Shown one piece after another: positions 16,202 to 24,519 of a stretch of DNA of 64,000 nucleotides. The stretch is from an uncultured Candidatus Micrarchaeota archaeon (lineage in GTDB: Archaea; Micrarchaeota; Micrarchaeia; Micrarchaeales; Micrarchaeaceae), in assembly GCA_963787745.1 (NCBI GenBank), contig CAWBEB010000005.1:2260-66259 (forward strand), in the 5' to 3' direction. Within the stretch, counting starts at the first letter, position 1; each line of letters starts with the position of its first letter. A program made the translations under genes and the position numbers. Under the pieces are notes generated by a model. The model saw only the letters and a list, made by a program, of their open reading frames with translations, did not search any database and was not told where the DNA came from.

Positions 16202-17884
16202 TCAGAGATCCTGCTCGGAGCTTATCCCGCTCGCGAGGTTCTTACCAGCTATGCGCGACTGCTCCTTTGCCCTCGAGATCTTGTTCCCTGGATCGGTGTA
16301 ATCGACGAAACCCAGCACCGCCTTCGTCCACGGATGCCTGGCCTGCACCTGCCTTGACATCTCCATCATCATGCTCCTGTAGGAGAAGTGGCCGGCGGGC
16401 TGCGTCCTCAGCTCAGACATGTGCTGGAACTCCCTTAGGTTCATCCCGAACATGAATCTCATCCTGTGGTTGAAGAGGGTCGCATACTGGGACGCTGCTG
16501 CAAGACCCGAGGCCCTTATCTTGGAATTTAGCGCCTCCATTTCATTGGCAACCTCAAGGACTCGGGGTTCCATCCCGACCTCGATAACTTCTGACGGCAT
16601 TATGAATCCCAATTCGCAGCCGAGGAGCTGCCTTTGCTGGGTGAGCATCCTGTGCCTTTCTAAATCCCTGTACTCTGCGAATCCGCCAACAAGGTCGAAG
16701 ACGATTGGGTATCCTGCCTCAAGGCCCCTGCCGGTTCGGTCGCGCCTGTGCTCCCTCTTTCCAGTGTATTCGGATATGATTGCCTCCTTCTCCGACTGCG
16801 ACATTTTACTTACGGCTTCAAGGATCTGGGGCAGCGAGAGTTTCGAGTAGGGGAATAGTACGGATGCGACAAGCTCGGTAATGTAGTCCGCCTTCTCGAC
16901 CAGCTTTACAAAGTCCGCGGCGGGCTTTGCCTTGGGGAGCACCCTGTCGGCCAGCCCCATCATCCGTTTATTCTTCTCGGTGACTCTCTGGTCCTCCCTG
17001 TTCCTCTTAATGTATGTTGGTATGACCTTCTTTAGCTCCTCCTCCAGCTTCCTGCCGCGGTCCCTCTCCTCCTCAAGGCCTCCGCTCTTCATCACAGTTA
17101 TGAGATTGGAGAAGAACCGGCCGTTGCCGTATACGCCGACCTGCGTCAGCGTGGATGACGGGAGCACGCACCTCCCAACATCAAGGGCGGCACAGCGGAT
17201 GGTGAAGTTGTATGCGATCCTGAACGCCTTCTCTTCCGTTGGGCCAGCGAGGCCTGCCTTCCCGGTTTTGAGCCTCTGCCCATCCCTGTCGACCTCGATC
17301 TCGAACTTGTCCTCCGGGAGCTGCTTCCTGAAGTATTCTGAGAGCTTGTCGATGAGTTCAGAGTAAACGAAGAATGCCTTGTCATTGACCGCCTCGAATT
17401 CCTTGCCGAAACCGGCGTCCATTACCTCCTTTGGCCTTAAGTATCGCCATTTGCCCGAGGCATCCTTCTGGTCGTAGCGCACATAGCGGGTGGACTGCTC
17501 GATTGGGGACCCTCCTATCCTCCTATCCTCTATGGTCTTCGTGAGTATCTGGGATATGTTTTCAAGCCCGACGTGCACGCCCTCGAGCTCGCCGACCGAG
17601 TCGTCCCCGTAGGCGTTCAGCACCCTATCCATGAGCTCGGAACCCTTCTGCTGGGAGGGCTCGCCGTCGCTGCCAAGGAATTCATTGATTATGGTGAGCT
17701 GCATGCTTGTCGGGGCCCTTGAATATCTGGCGAGGGCGCCGCCGGTCAGTTCCGCGGGCAGGCCGTGCATCACAAAGGTGTCGCCGCCGACTGAGGTGAA
17801 GTATTTAGCAAGCTTCTCTTTTATCTCAAACGGAACCTCCTCTAGTGTCTGGTATTTCGCTGATGCTGCCTTGTTTTCCCCCAT
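16202..17884 (-). CDS. thyX: Flavin-dependent thymidylate synthase ThyX-like protein, long (~560 aa) form
   Basis: The C-terminal half has YRDLERHRMLTQQRQ (RHR motif) and the N-terminal half has ALARYSRAPTS (S-x-R-Y-like), consistent with a duplicated or degenerate Thy1 domain. ATG 17884 lies about 30 nt downstream of a TATA-like box (complement of about 17910-17922). Confidence 0.6.
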   Translation of the reverse strand: MGENKAASAKYQTLEEVPFEIKEKLAKYFTSVGGDTFVMHGLPAELTGGALARYSRAPTSMQLTIINEFLGSDGEPSQQKGSELMDRVLNAYGDDSVGELEGVHVGLENISQILTKTIEDRRIGGSPIEQSTRYVRYDQKDASGKWRYLRPKEVMDAGFGKEFEAVNDKAFFVYSELIDKLSEYFRKQLPEDKFEIEVDRDGQRLKTGKAGLAGPTEEKAFRIAYNFTIRCAALDVGRCVLPSSTLTQVGVYGNGRFFSNLITVMKSGGLEEERDRGRKLEEELKKVIPTYIKRNREDQRVTEKNKRMMGLADRVLPKAKPAADFVKLVEKADYITELVASVLFPYSKLSLPQILEAVSKMSQSEKEAIISEYTGKREHRRDRTGRGLEAGYPIVFDLVGGFAEYRDLERHRMLTQQRQLLGCELGFIMPSEVIEVGMEPRVLEVANEMEALNSKIRASGLAAASQYATLFNHRMRFMFGMNLREFQHMSELRTQPAGHFSYRSMMMEMSRQVQARHPWTKAVLGFVDYTDPGNKISRAKEQSRIAGKNLASGISSEQDL

Positions 17885-18025
17885 GCTAATGCCCCAGCAA
17901 CTCTTCGCCGCAAAAGTATAAATTATGCTCCACACTTTCCTTTACCTTGCCGGCTTTGCGCAAAAAGGTCAAAGGATCCGGGTTGTCAGGGTTATGCCAG
18001 GGTTCCCTGGCTGCCCGGACGCAGG

Positions 18026-18036
18026 ATATTTATAGA
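18026..18036 (+). promoter_or_regulatory. TATA-like box upstream of uppS
   Basis: ATATTTATAGA lies about 31 nt upstream of ATG 18067. Confidence 0.4.
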
Positions 18037-18066
18037 TACCCATGCTTATCAGTAGGGGAAGATGAG

Positions 18067-18756
18067 ATGGCGCTAGCTCCACAAGTGAGGAAAATACCCT
18101 CCCATATAGCGGTCATACCGGACGGCAACAGGCGCTGGTCTAGGATACATAGCCTTTCGATCCTAAACGGCTACCAGATAGGGGTAGACAAGGTCATTTC
18201 CTTTAGCATCTGGGCGAAGATGATGGGCGTTCAGACGCTCACCTTCTGGGCGCTCTCAACCGAGAACGCGAAGAGCAGGAGCAAGGCGGAACTGAGCATA
18301 CTATACCATCTTTACAAGAAGTTCGGAACCGACCCAAAGGTTCTCGCCCTCCTCATCAAGAACAGGGCAAGGATAAGGTTCGTGGGCAACCTGAAGCTAA
18401 TACCAGCCGCCACAAGGAAGGCGCTTCTCGCGCTTGAGTCGAAGACCAAGGCATACAAGGACCTCACGATAAACCTTCTCATCGGCTACGGAGGCAGGGA
18501 CGACCTTGTCTACGCCGCGGGGAGGGGAGCCGGCTCCGAGGAGGAGTTCTCCCGGAAAATAAGGACCGCCTCGATCCCAAACGTCGACCTGATAATCAGA
18601 ACCTCCGGCGAGCACAGGCTCTCGGGCTTCCTGCCGTGGCAGACCGACTACTCAGAGATATACTTCTCCAAGAAGTTCTGGCCGGACTTCCAGAGGCGCG
18701 ACCTGAAGAGGGCGGTCGACTCTTACACCGCAAGGGAAAGGCGGTTCGGGAAGTGA
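18067..18756 (+). CDS. uppS: cis-Prenyltransferase (undecaprenyl/dolichyl diphosphate synthase family)
   Basis: HIAVIPDGNRRWSR, FWALSTEN and the C-terminal RRFGK. The ORF-track start 17947 is over-extended; ATG 18067 fits the TATA spacing. Confidence 0.85.
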   Translation: MALAPQVRKIPSHIAVIPDGNRRWSRIHSLSILNGYQIGVDKVISFSIWAKMMGVQTLTFWALSTENAKSRSKAELSILYHLYKKFGTDPKVLALLIKNRARIRFVGNLKLIPAATRKALLALESKTKAYKDLTINLLIGYGGRDDLVYAAGRGAGSEEEFSRKIRTASIPNVDLIIRTSGEHRLSGFLPWQTDYSEIYFSKKFWPDFQRRDLKRAVDSYTARERRFGK

Positions 18757-18762
18757 GCGGGC

Positions 18763-20601
18763 ATGCCGGCCGCGAAGAAGGGAGACTTCCTTAATGGCCT
18801 TAACCCCTTTTCGTTCGGTCTCCCGGGATCCATGCCGCTGATCGCACTTCTGCTCGTGCTTAGCATCATCATGGGGATAGGCGCGACAGCCCTGCTAAAC
18901 CACAACTCCCTATCCAGCATCTACTACATACTGGCCAGCGGCTCCCTGACTGGGATAATCATAATAATGATGCCCGCGCTGCTTAGCATCATAGTCATAA
19001 AGCTCTTCAAGAGGTACATAGACTTAAAGTACATAATCTTCGTCGCGATAATAGGCGCGACTTGCTACGCCCTCTTCATCCTGCTATCATCGATAGTGTC
19101 AGTCACCCTTAGCAACTACGCAGTGGCCGGCCTTGTGATACTGGTCGGTGACGCAAGCATATTCGGCTGGTGGTTCTTCGCAAGCAAGATAATGATGAGC
19201 AGGAAGAAAATCGACCTGATCTTCGCGCTGGTGCAGCCCACCTTCAACATGCTGCTCTACATCCCCTACAGCAGCAGGATCATATCCTTCGCGACGCCCT
19301 TCAACATACTGATAATCAAGCTCTATGCGGGCATATTCATATTCCTCATAACCTGCTACACCATAATCTACATCGTCGACAGGCCCTACAAGAAGAACTT
19401 CGGGTTCTACAGCTTCGACGCCTTCGCCCAGATGGTCCAGAACTGGCTCTTCGATGCCAACACCGGCGCGCCCTTCGGATCGAAGTTCGGCAAGCCCGGC
19501 AACGTGACCACAGACACCCTGACCATAAAGAACCAGAAGGGGAAGATCAAGGCGATCTTCTTCGCGCCGGACCTCCACTACGGCCCGGCCGGAACAATAG
19601 GGGGGAGCGACTTCCCCTACATGCTGGAGAGGCACATAGGGGAGAGGTACGGAGCCCCCGGATTCATAATGCATAGGGCGGTCGACATGGACTCAAACCC
19701 GGTTTCCAGCGCCCAGTTCGGAAGGGTGCTCGACTCTTTGGAGAAGGGGATCTCTGAACCAAAGCTGCTGCAGAGTGGGATCACCTACACTGAGAGCGTC
19801 TGCGGCGACTCGCAGGTCTCGAGGCTTGGGATCGGCGGGATCTCGGTGGTGACGCTTACAAGGGCGCCCCGGGTGACAGAGGATGTGGCGCAGCCGGCAG
19901 CGGCGCTGTTCAACGAGGTCCTGGAGTTGAAGTTCGGAACGAGCATAATAGTTGACGCCCACAACTCGAGGCTTGAGGGCGCCCCGAAGGAGGAGCTTGA
20001 CGGGGTTAAGTTCAAGTCCAGGTTCGCGGAGGAGTACATGAGGGCGATGAAGCAGATGGGCAAGCCCTGGCACAGCGCCAAGACCATGAGGTTCGGCGCC
20101 GCGCGGCAGGAGCTCTACGACGAGCTTGGCGCGCCGACAGACCTCGCAAGAGGCAACCTCAACGTCGCGATATTCGGGTTCAACGGCTATAGGAGGGCGA
20201 TAGTGCAGATGAACGGCAACAACATGCTACCCAGCATGAGGAGGAAGCTGATCACCTACATGAAGCGGAGCTTCAAGGTGGAGGCGGAGATATACACCAC
20301 TGACACCCATGCGGTGAACTCGCTTGGATTCGAGGCCGACAACGTGGTCGGGAGGAAGACAAGCTTCGATAAGCTAAGGCCCATACTCGACGCCTGCACA
20401 AGGAGGGCGATGGAGGACATGGAGGAGGCGAGGGCGTACCATCGGCGCGATGTCATGCAGAACTTCATGATATGGGGGCAGAACAGCATGGAGAGCATAA
20501 TAACGGTCGCCAAGTCGGTCTATGACTTCACAAAGGTCCTGGTACCCGTGATAATAGTGATAGGGTTTATAATAGCCGCATGGGTAATATCGGTGGTGTG
20601 A
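18763..20601 (+). CDS. Multi-pass membrane protein with large soluble C-terminal domain (DUF2070-like)
   Basis: There are about six or seven N-terminal hydrophobic helices, then a roughly 380-aa soluble domain and a C-terminal TM. The architecture and size recall the archaeal DUF2070 family (from memory, not verified). Confidence 0.45.
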   Translation: MPAAKKGDFLNGLNPFSFGLPGSMPLIALLLVLSIIMGIGATALLNHNSLSSIYYILASGSLTGIIIIMMPALLSIIVIKLFKRYIDLKYIIFVAIIGATCYALFILLSSIVSVTLSNYAVAGLVILVGDASIFGWWFFASKIMMSRKKIDLIFALVQPTFNMLLYIPYSSRIISFATPFNILIIKLYAGIFIFLITCYTIIYIVDRPYKKNFGFYSFDAFAQMVQNWLFDANTGAPFGSKFGKPGNVTTDTLTIKNQKGKIKAIFFAPDLHYGPAGTIGGSDFPYMLERHIGERYGAPGFIMHRAVDMDSNPVSSAQFGRVLDSLEKGISEPKLLQSGITYTESVCGDSQVSRLGIGGISVVTLTRAPRVTEDVAQPAAALFNEVLELKFGTSIIVDAHNSRLEGAPKEELDGVKFKSRFAEEYMRAMKQMGKPWHSAKTMRFGAARQELYDELGAPTDLARGNLNVAIFGFNGYRRAIVQMNGNNMLPSMRRKLITYMKRSFKVEAEIYTTDTHAVNSLGFEADNVVGRKTSFDKLRPILDACTRRAMEDMEEARAYHRRDVMQNFMIWGQNSMESIITVAKSVYDFTKVLVPVIIVIGFIIAAWVISVV

Positions 20602-20602
20602 G

Positions 20603-21562
20603 ATGGTGTTCGCCCAGTTCGTGATGTTCGCCGTCGTCGCTTCGGCGGCAGTCGCGCTGTTCATGTACTGGTCGGTCCACAGGAGGGAGGGCAGGAACAT
20701 CTGGCCGATCGTCATCACGATTGCGGTGGCGGGGATCGTCACGGCGGTCGCCTACTCCCAGTACCTGGTGCTCAGCTGGTTCTTCTTCACCTCCGTCGCG
20801 GTCGCCTCTGTGGCCGCCATGCTGCCGGTGCTCTACAGGAAGAGGCCGATGGCCTTCATGCTCGCGGTCTTCATAGTCGCCTACGCGATAGCGATAAGCT
20901 TCGACAGGATGGCGACGATAGGGATGTTCGGGTTGGGCGTCATGATAGGGGCGCTCTACACGGAGCGCTACATCAACCGCAGCAGGGAGGACAGGACGAT
21001 GAGGAAGACAGTAATCGAGATGAGGAGGGACCTCGTCCAGATGGCCATAGGCGTGGCGGTCCTTGTGGTGATGCTGATATGGCAGCAGGGCTACCTATAC
21101 ATACTCTTCTGCGCCGTACTCCTCGCATACCTGTTCAACAACCTCATATCCAAGAGCGGCATCGCCTACAGGGAGCTCTCCAGGTTCGAGAGGAGGGACG
21201 TCGACTTCGGAACGGGCGCGACGCACCTGGCCGCTGGGCTTGCGATACTGCTCGGATTCGCGAGCTACAAGCTCGCGCTCTTCGGGATATTCCCGCTCTT
21301 CTTCGGCGACGCGCTCGCGACCATGACCGGCGTCAGCTTCTACAGGTCTAACAAGCTGCCCTACAACAGGAGGAAGAGCTTCGCCGGGACCATCAGCTTC
21401 TTCATAGCCGCTGCTGTTCCTGGTGTCATAATACTGGGACTCTGGGGCGTGCCCATCGCTCTGGTGCTTACGCTCATAGAAAGCGTAGAGATCCCGATTG
21501 ACGACAACATAGCTGTCCCTATCGGGACGGTGATACTCGGCGCGATGCTTGGACTCGGTTAG
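20603..21562 (+). CDS. Dolichol kinase / CTP-transferase-1 family membrane protein
   Basis: FFGDALATMTGVSFYRSNKLPYNRRKSFAGTISFF matches the G-D-x-x-A...K-S/T-x-x-G block of the dolichol kinase/CdsA family. The start is 1 nt after the previous stop. Confidence 0.55.
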   Translation: MVFAQFVMFAVVASAAVALFMYWSVHRREGRNIWPIVITIAVAGIVTAVAYSQYLVLSWFFFTSVAVASVAAMLPVLYRKRPMAFMLAVFIVAYAIAISFDRMATIGMFGLGVMIGALYTERYINRSREDRTMRKTVIEMRRDLVQMAIGVAVLVVMLIWQQGYLYILFCAVLLAYLFNNLISKSGIAYRELSRFERRDVDFGTGATHLAAGLAILLGFASYKLALFGIFPLFFGDALATMTGVSFYRSNKLPYNRRKSFAGTISFFIAAAVPGVIILGLWGVPIALVLTLIESVEIPIDDNIAVPIGTVILGAMLGLG

Positions 21563-21601
21563 GCGTCAACTTTGCGCAGCAGGGCGAAGGGGGCGTTCAG
21601 G

Positions 21602-22102
21602 TCAAGGAATGCATACTGAAGGCGGTACGCCGTCATCACCTTTCCGACATTCATATCGCATAGATACGGATCCTCGAAAACGAAATTCACCAGGTCGGAC
21701 CTCTCCCTTTGCGTCTGCGGCTTTGGCGTCTGTCCGGTCTTTCTTGTGAATGAATAGGCGACAACGGAGCCGGTTTTGCGAGTCCCTCAATGCTATTATC
21801 ATGGCCCTCTGGTCCCGGTCGCAGATGAAGGTGAAGAGGTCCCTGGCGCTGGGTCCGCAGCTCCATGAATTCGGGAAAGACGGGTCGGTAAAATGGGTGT
21901 GTATGCTGGAATAGCGCCTCCGTCCGGTTTGCACAAGGAGGGACCTTATCTGTTCGGTGTCTGTGTCGATCCCGAAGCGGCTGGTAGTCAAGGAGACGTC
22001 GACAATGCCCCTGAGCGGAACCTTGAAGTAGAATCGTTCTGCATCGCAGGGCGAGCGCTCGATTACCTCTGCGGGTTTCCTTGTGACCTCTTTTGCTGGC
22101 AT
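21602..22102 (-). CDS. Hypothetical protein (weak JAB/MPN-like HxH...PSxxD motif)
   Basis: IHTHFTDPSFPNSWSCGPSARD loosely resembles the HxH...PSxxD motif of prokaryotic JAB domains, but with an insertion. The overlapping frame 21687-22196 is Arg/Pro-rich nonsense. Confidence 0.35.
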   Translation of the reverse strand: MPAKEVTRKPAEVIERSPCDAERFYFKVPLRGIVDVSLTTSRFGIDTDTEQIRSLLVQTGRRRYSSIHTHFTDPSFPNSWSCGPSARDLFTFICDRDQRAMIIALRDSQNRLRCRLFIHKKDRTDAKAADAKGEVRPGEFRFRGSVSMRYECRKGDDGVPPSVCIP

Positions 22103-22192
22103 ATCTTATCGCCCCAGAAGACTCGGCGTAGCGTAATATAAATAATTTGCTGTGCTGCGAAGCTTGACGAACTGGATTAGATGCCGGCGGGC

Positions 22193-22759
22193 TCAATGGA
22201 AGGCCTTCCCTTCCCCAAGCATTTTGACTATCGATCTTATCTTCTCCCTTCTCTTTTCAGGGCTTTTCGCGTTCTCGATCCTGAATATTATCGAGTACCT
22301 GTTGGACCGGTTCAGCGTCTTGAGGAATTCCTTTGCCTTCTTGTTCCTGCCGACTGCCGTGATAAAATCCTTTGGCAGCACCGCGGTGCTGGGCGGGCTG
22401 TACGCCCTGGCCCATCTCCCGTCCGCCTTGGCCTCCTCTATCTGCCGGAGGCCGGACGGCTTCATCCTCCCTTCCCTTATGAGGCGCTCGGCATGGGCGG
22501 TGTTGACCTTTGACCAGATGCTCCTGGGCCTGCGCGGGCAGAAACGCCAGAGGCAGGAGTCCTTGTCGTAGGGCCGTGCCTGGCCCGTTATCCAGCCGTA
22601 GCAGAGCGCGACGTCGAGCGCCTCGGCGCCCTTGATGAATTTGGCCGTGTAGTGCTTCCTGAACATCCGCATCCATATGCCGCTGGAGCGGGAGTGGTTC
22701 CTGGAGAGCCAGCGCTCCCATTCGGCGCCAGACTTGAACCCCAGAACCTGTTCCTCCAT
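22193..22759 (-). CDS. YdeI/OmpD-associated family protein
   Basis: FKSGAEWERWLSRNH...GIWMRM...ALCYGWITGQ...RFCPRRPRSIWSKVN...KADGRW...SNRYSIIFRIENAKSPEKR is the typical YdeI pattern. The start is ATG 22759. Confidence 0.65.
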   Translation of the reverse strand: MEEQVLGFKSGAEWERWLSRNHSRSSGIWMRMFRKHYTAKFIKGAEALDVALCYGWITGQARPYDKDSCLWRFCPRRPRSIWSKVNTAHAERLIREGRMKPSGLRQIEEAKADGRWARAYSPPSTAVLPKDFITAVGRNKKAKEFLKTLNRSNRYSIIFRIENAKSPEKRREKIRSIVKMLGEGKAFH

Positions 22760-22766
22760 CCCACCA

Positions 22767-23620
22767 CTAGGAGTTGGCCTTGAGGCCGCAGTAGGCAAGG
22801 ATCCGCTGGAGCTCCTTCATGTTCTTTACGTCGTCCGACACCTCGTCCTCTGGGGTCTCCATCACGAAGTTCCCCTCCCTGAAGAGCTTGTTCGAGAATA
22901 TTTTCTTGAACCCCTCAATCCCTATGTTCCCCTTTCCCAGGTGCCAGTGCCTGTCGAGCCCGCTTCCCAGCTCGAACTTTGCGTCATTGAGGTGCACTAG
23001 GCCTAGGCGTTCCTTTCCGATATTTGAGGTGATTTCGTCAGCGACCTTAGAGTCACCCCCTCGGTCTTGGTGAGGTCGTATCCTGCGGCGAATGCGTGGC
23101 AGGTATCGAAACATACGCCAACCCGCTTCGATCCGATCCCCTTGATTATGTCGCCTATGTCAGCCATCTTGTCCCCCACGCAGTTCTTGTAGCCAGCGGA
23201 GTTCTCGAGAAGCACATTGACCCCGTCCACCGCATCAATGGCGGCCGAGACGGTCTCTATGGTCCTCTTCTTTCCGTATTCAACGCCCTTTCCAAGGTGG
23301 GAGCCCAGGTGTATAACAACGCTTCCGACCCCAATCTTCGCGCAGTTGGACATGTTGTCGATGAGCATCTTCCTGCTCTTGACGTAGACATCGGGGTTTG
23401 AGGTGGAGGGGTTGCAGAGGTAGGGTATGTGCGCGAACCCATTCCTTCCCTTTGAGAGCTCCCTGAACTTCTCGGCATCGGCATCTGAAATCTCGGTGTG
23501 GCCCCAGGTCCTGGGGCTCGATGCGAATAGCTGGAAAGCCTTGTAGCCCATGCGCTTTGCCTCCTCGGGCGCGTGGTAAATTCCGCCTGCGACCGATAGG
23601 TGAAATCCTGCCCTTATCAT
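22767..23620 (-). pseudogene. nfo: Endonuclease IV (Nfo) interrupted by a frameshift in a C5/G5 homopolymer
   Basis: The N-terminal ORF 23003-23620 ends ...CFDTCHAFAAGYDLTKTEG. The C-terminal ORF 22767-23114 carries ...IGKERLGLVHLNDAKFELGSGLDRHWHLGKGNIG...FVMETP. The frames switch at CCCCC 23056-23060, and one extra G on the coding strand would restore a single ORF of about 284 aa. Confidence 0.8.
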
Positions 23621-23752
23621 GCCATACCAACCAGTATTTAAACGATTCTGCGCGGCATGGGAATGCCGCTAATCTCTTGCAAAAGAAGCTATTTAAAAGG
23701 CGGTCATGACATAGAATCGCGCTAGGTTAAAGAGGGGGTTTTTCTGGCGACG

Positions 23753-24064
23753 ATGCGTGGATTTAGCTTATATGACATGGAACAATTCTTCAGGGACGCA
23801 GGGGCGCCCCGGGTGAACGAGAAGGCTATGGTATCCCTTGAAAAGGAGCTCAGCGACACGGTGAAGGAGCTCGTTGAGGAGGCCCAGGTATACGCCAATT
23901 ATGCCGGAAGGAAGAGGACCATAAAGAGGGCGGACCTGGAGTTCGTGCGGGGAAGGGCGAAAAGGCAGGGAAGGAGATACATGCCGGTCGCAAGGAAAGG
24001 CAAGGTTCCAGAAAAGCTTCGCCAGAGGAACAGGCTTGTTCATGCGGTTGCTAAATACCACTGA
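23753..24064 (+). CDS. Archaeal histone (HMf-type fold) with ~37-aa basic C-terminal extension
   Basis: FFRDAGAPRVNEKAMVSLEKELSDTVKELVEEAQVYANYAGRKRTIKRADLEFV parallels the HMfB pattern IIKNAGAERVSDDA...AGRKTIKAEDIE. It is followed by RGRAKRQGRRYMPVARKGKVPEKLRQRNRLVHAVAKYH. GAGGGGG lies about 14 nt upstream of the ATG. Confidence 0.8.
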   Translation: MRGFSLYDMEQFFRDAGAPRVNEKAMVSLEKELSDTVKELVEEAQVYANYAGRKRTIKRADLEFVRGRAKRQGRRYMPVARKGKVPEKLRQRNRLVHAVAKYH

Positions 24065-24076
24065 CAGGCCGTACAG

Positions 24077-24292
24077 CTATCGCCTAAGAATCCTCTGGGC
24101 AAATGATGCTATGGGCCCCCTTCTCATCGAGTCGCGCTCGCTCTCTGCATGCTTTCTTGCAATTTCCCTTAGCGCGGGAGCCATCTCGTCATGGAATTCA
24201 CGCCTGAACTTCGGGTAGGCCTCCTCCGTTTCAAATAGGTCTTTCATCAGCTTTGATGATCCGGGAAACAACTCGTACAATTCGGCCTGCAT
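24077..24292 (-). CDS. Small hypothetical protein
   Basis: 71-aa acidic/basic helical ORF. No family recognised. Confidence 0.4.
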   Translation of the reverse strand: MQAELYELFPGSSKLMKDLFETEEAYPKFRREFHDEMAPALREIARKHAESERDSMRRGPIASFAQRILRR

Positions 24293-24346
24293 GATATTAA
24301 TCGGGCATAAATCCTTTTATATGCTCTTGCTTAGATAGATAGCGGT

Positions 24347-24418
24347 GCCCCTGTAGCTCAGTGGTAGAGCGCTTGCATGGTAAGCAAGAGGCCAAGGGTT
24401 CAATTCCCTTCTGGGGCT
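24347..24418 (+). tRNA. tRNA-Thr (anticodon GGU)
   Basis: Hand-folded cloverleaf. Acceptor GCCCCTG/CTGGGGC has one T-T mismatch at 6:67. D arm GCTC-AGTGGTA-GAGC. Anticodon arm CTTGC-ATGGTAA-GCAAG. T arm AAGGG-TTCAATT-CCCTT. Discriminator T, no encoded CCA. TTTTATAT lies about 30 nt upstream. Confidence 0.85.
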
Positions 24419-24428
24419 TTGATTGGTG

Positions 24429-24466
24429 GTTAGGTAGATGGTTCCTGGTAATTTTATCTACCTAAC
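24429..24466. repeat. Palindromic element 1 (11-bp arms GTTAGGTAGAT / ATCTACCTAAC, 16-nt spacer)
   Basis: The arms at 24429-24439 and 24456-24466 are perfect reverse complements. Confidence 0.8.
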
Positions 24467-24474
24467 TAATTGGC

Positions 24475-24514
24475 AGTTAGGTAGATAGATTTAAATATTT
24501 TCATCTACCTAACT
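24475..24514. repeat. Palindromic element 2 (12-bp arms AGTTAGGTAGAT / ATCTACCTAACT); spacer holds the TATA-like TTTAAATATTTT of the fic promoter
   Basis: The arms at 24475-24486 and 24503-24514 are perfect reverse complements. The element ends 6 nt before the fic ATG. 24473-24488 matches the IS630 left end (47645-47660) at 15 of 16 nt. Confidence 0.8.
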
Positions 24515-24519
24515 CATTT

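Noticed and set aside
21800-21870. JAB/MPN metalloprotease assignment for 21602-22102, based on IHTHFTDPSFPNSWSCGPSARD
   Set aside because: The spacing between HxH and S-x-x-D is longer than in the canonical JAMM motif, and the upstream Glu is not identifiable. It is kept only as a low-confidence note on the feature, not as a finding.
21687-22196. 169-aa ORF overlapping 21602-22102 on the same strand
   Set aside because: The composition is Arg/Pro/His-rich with no motifs. The alternative frame is more protein-like. The two frames do not join into a recognisable single protein, so a frameshift model was not supported.
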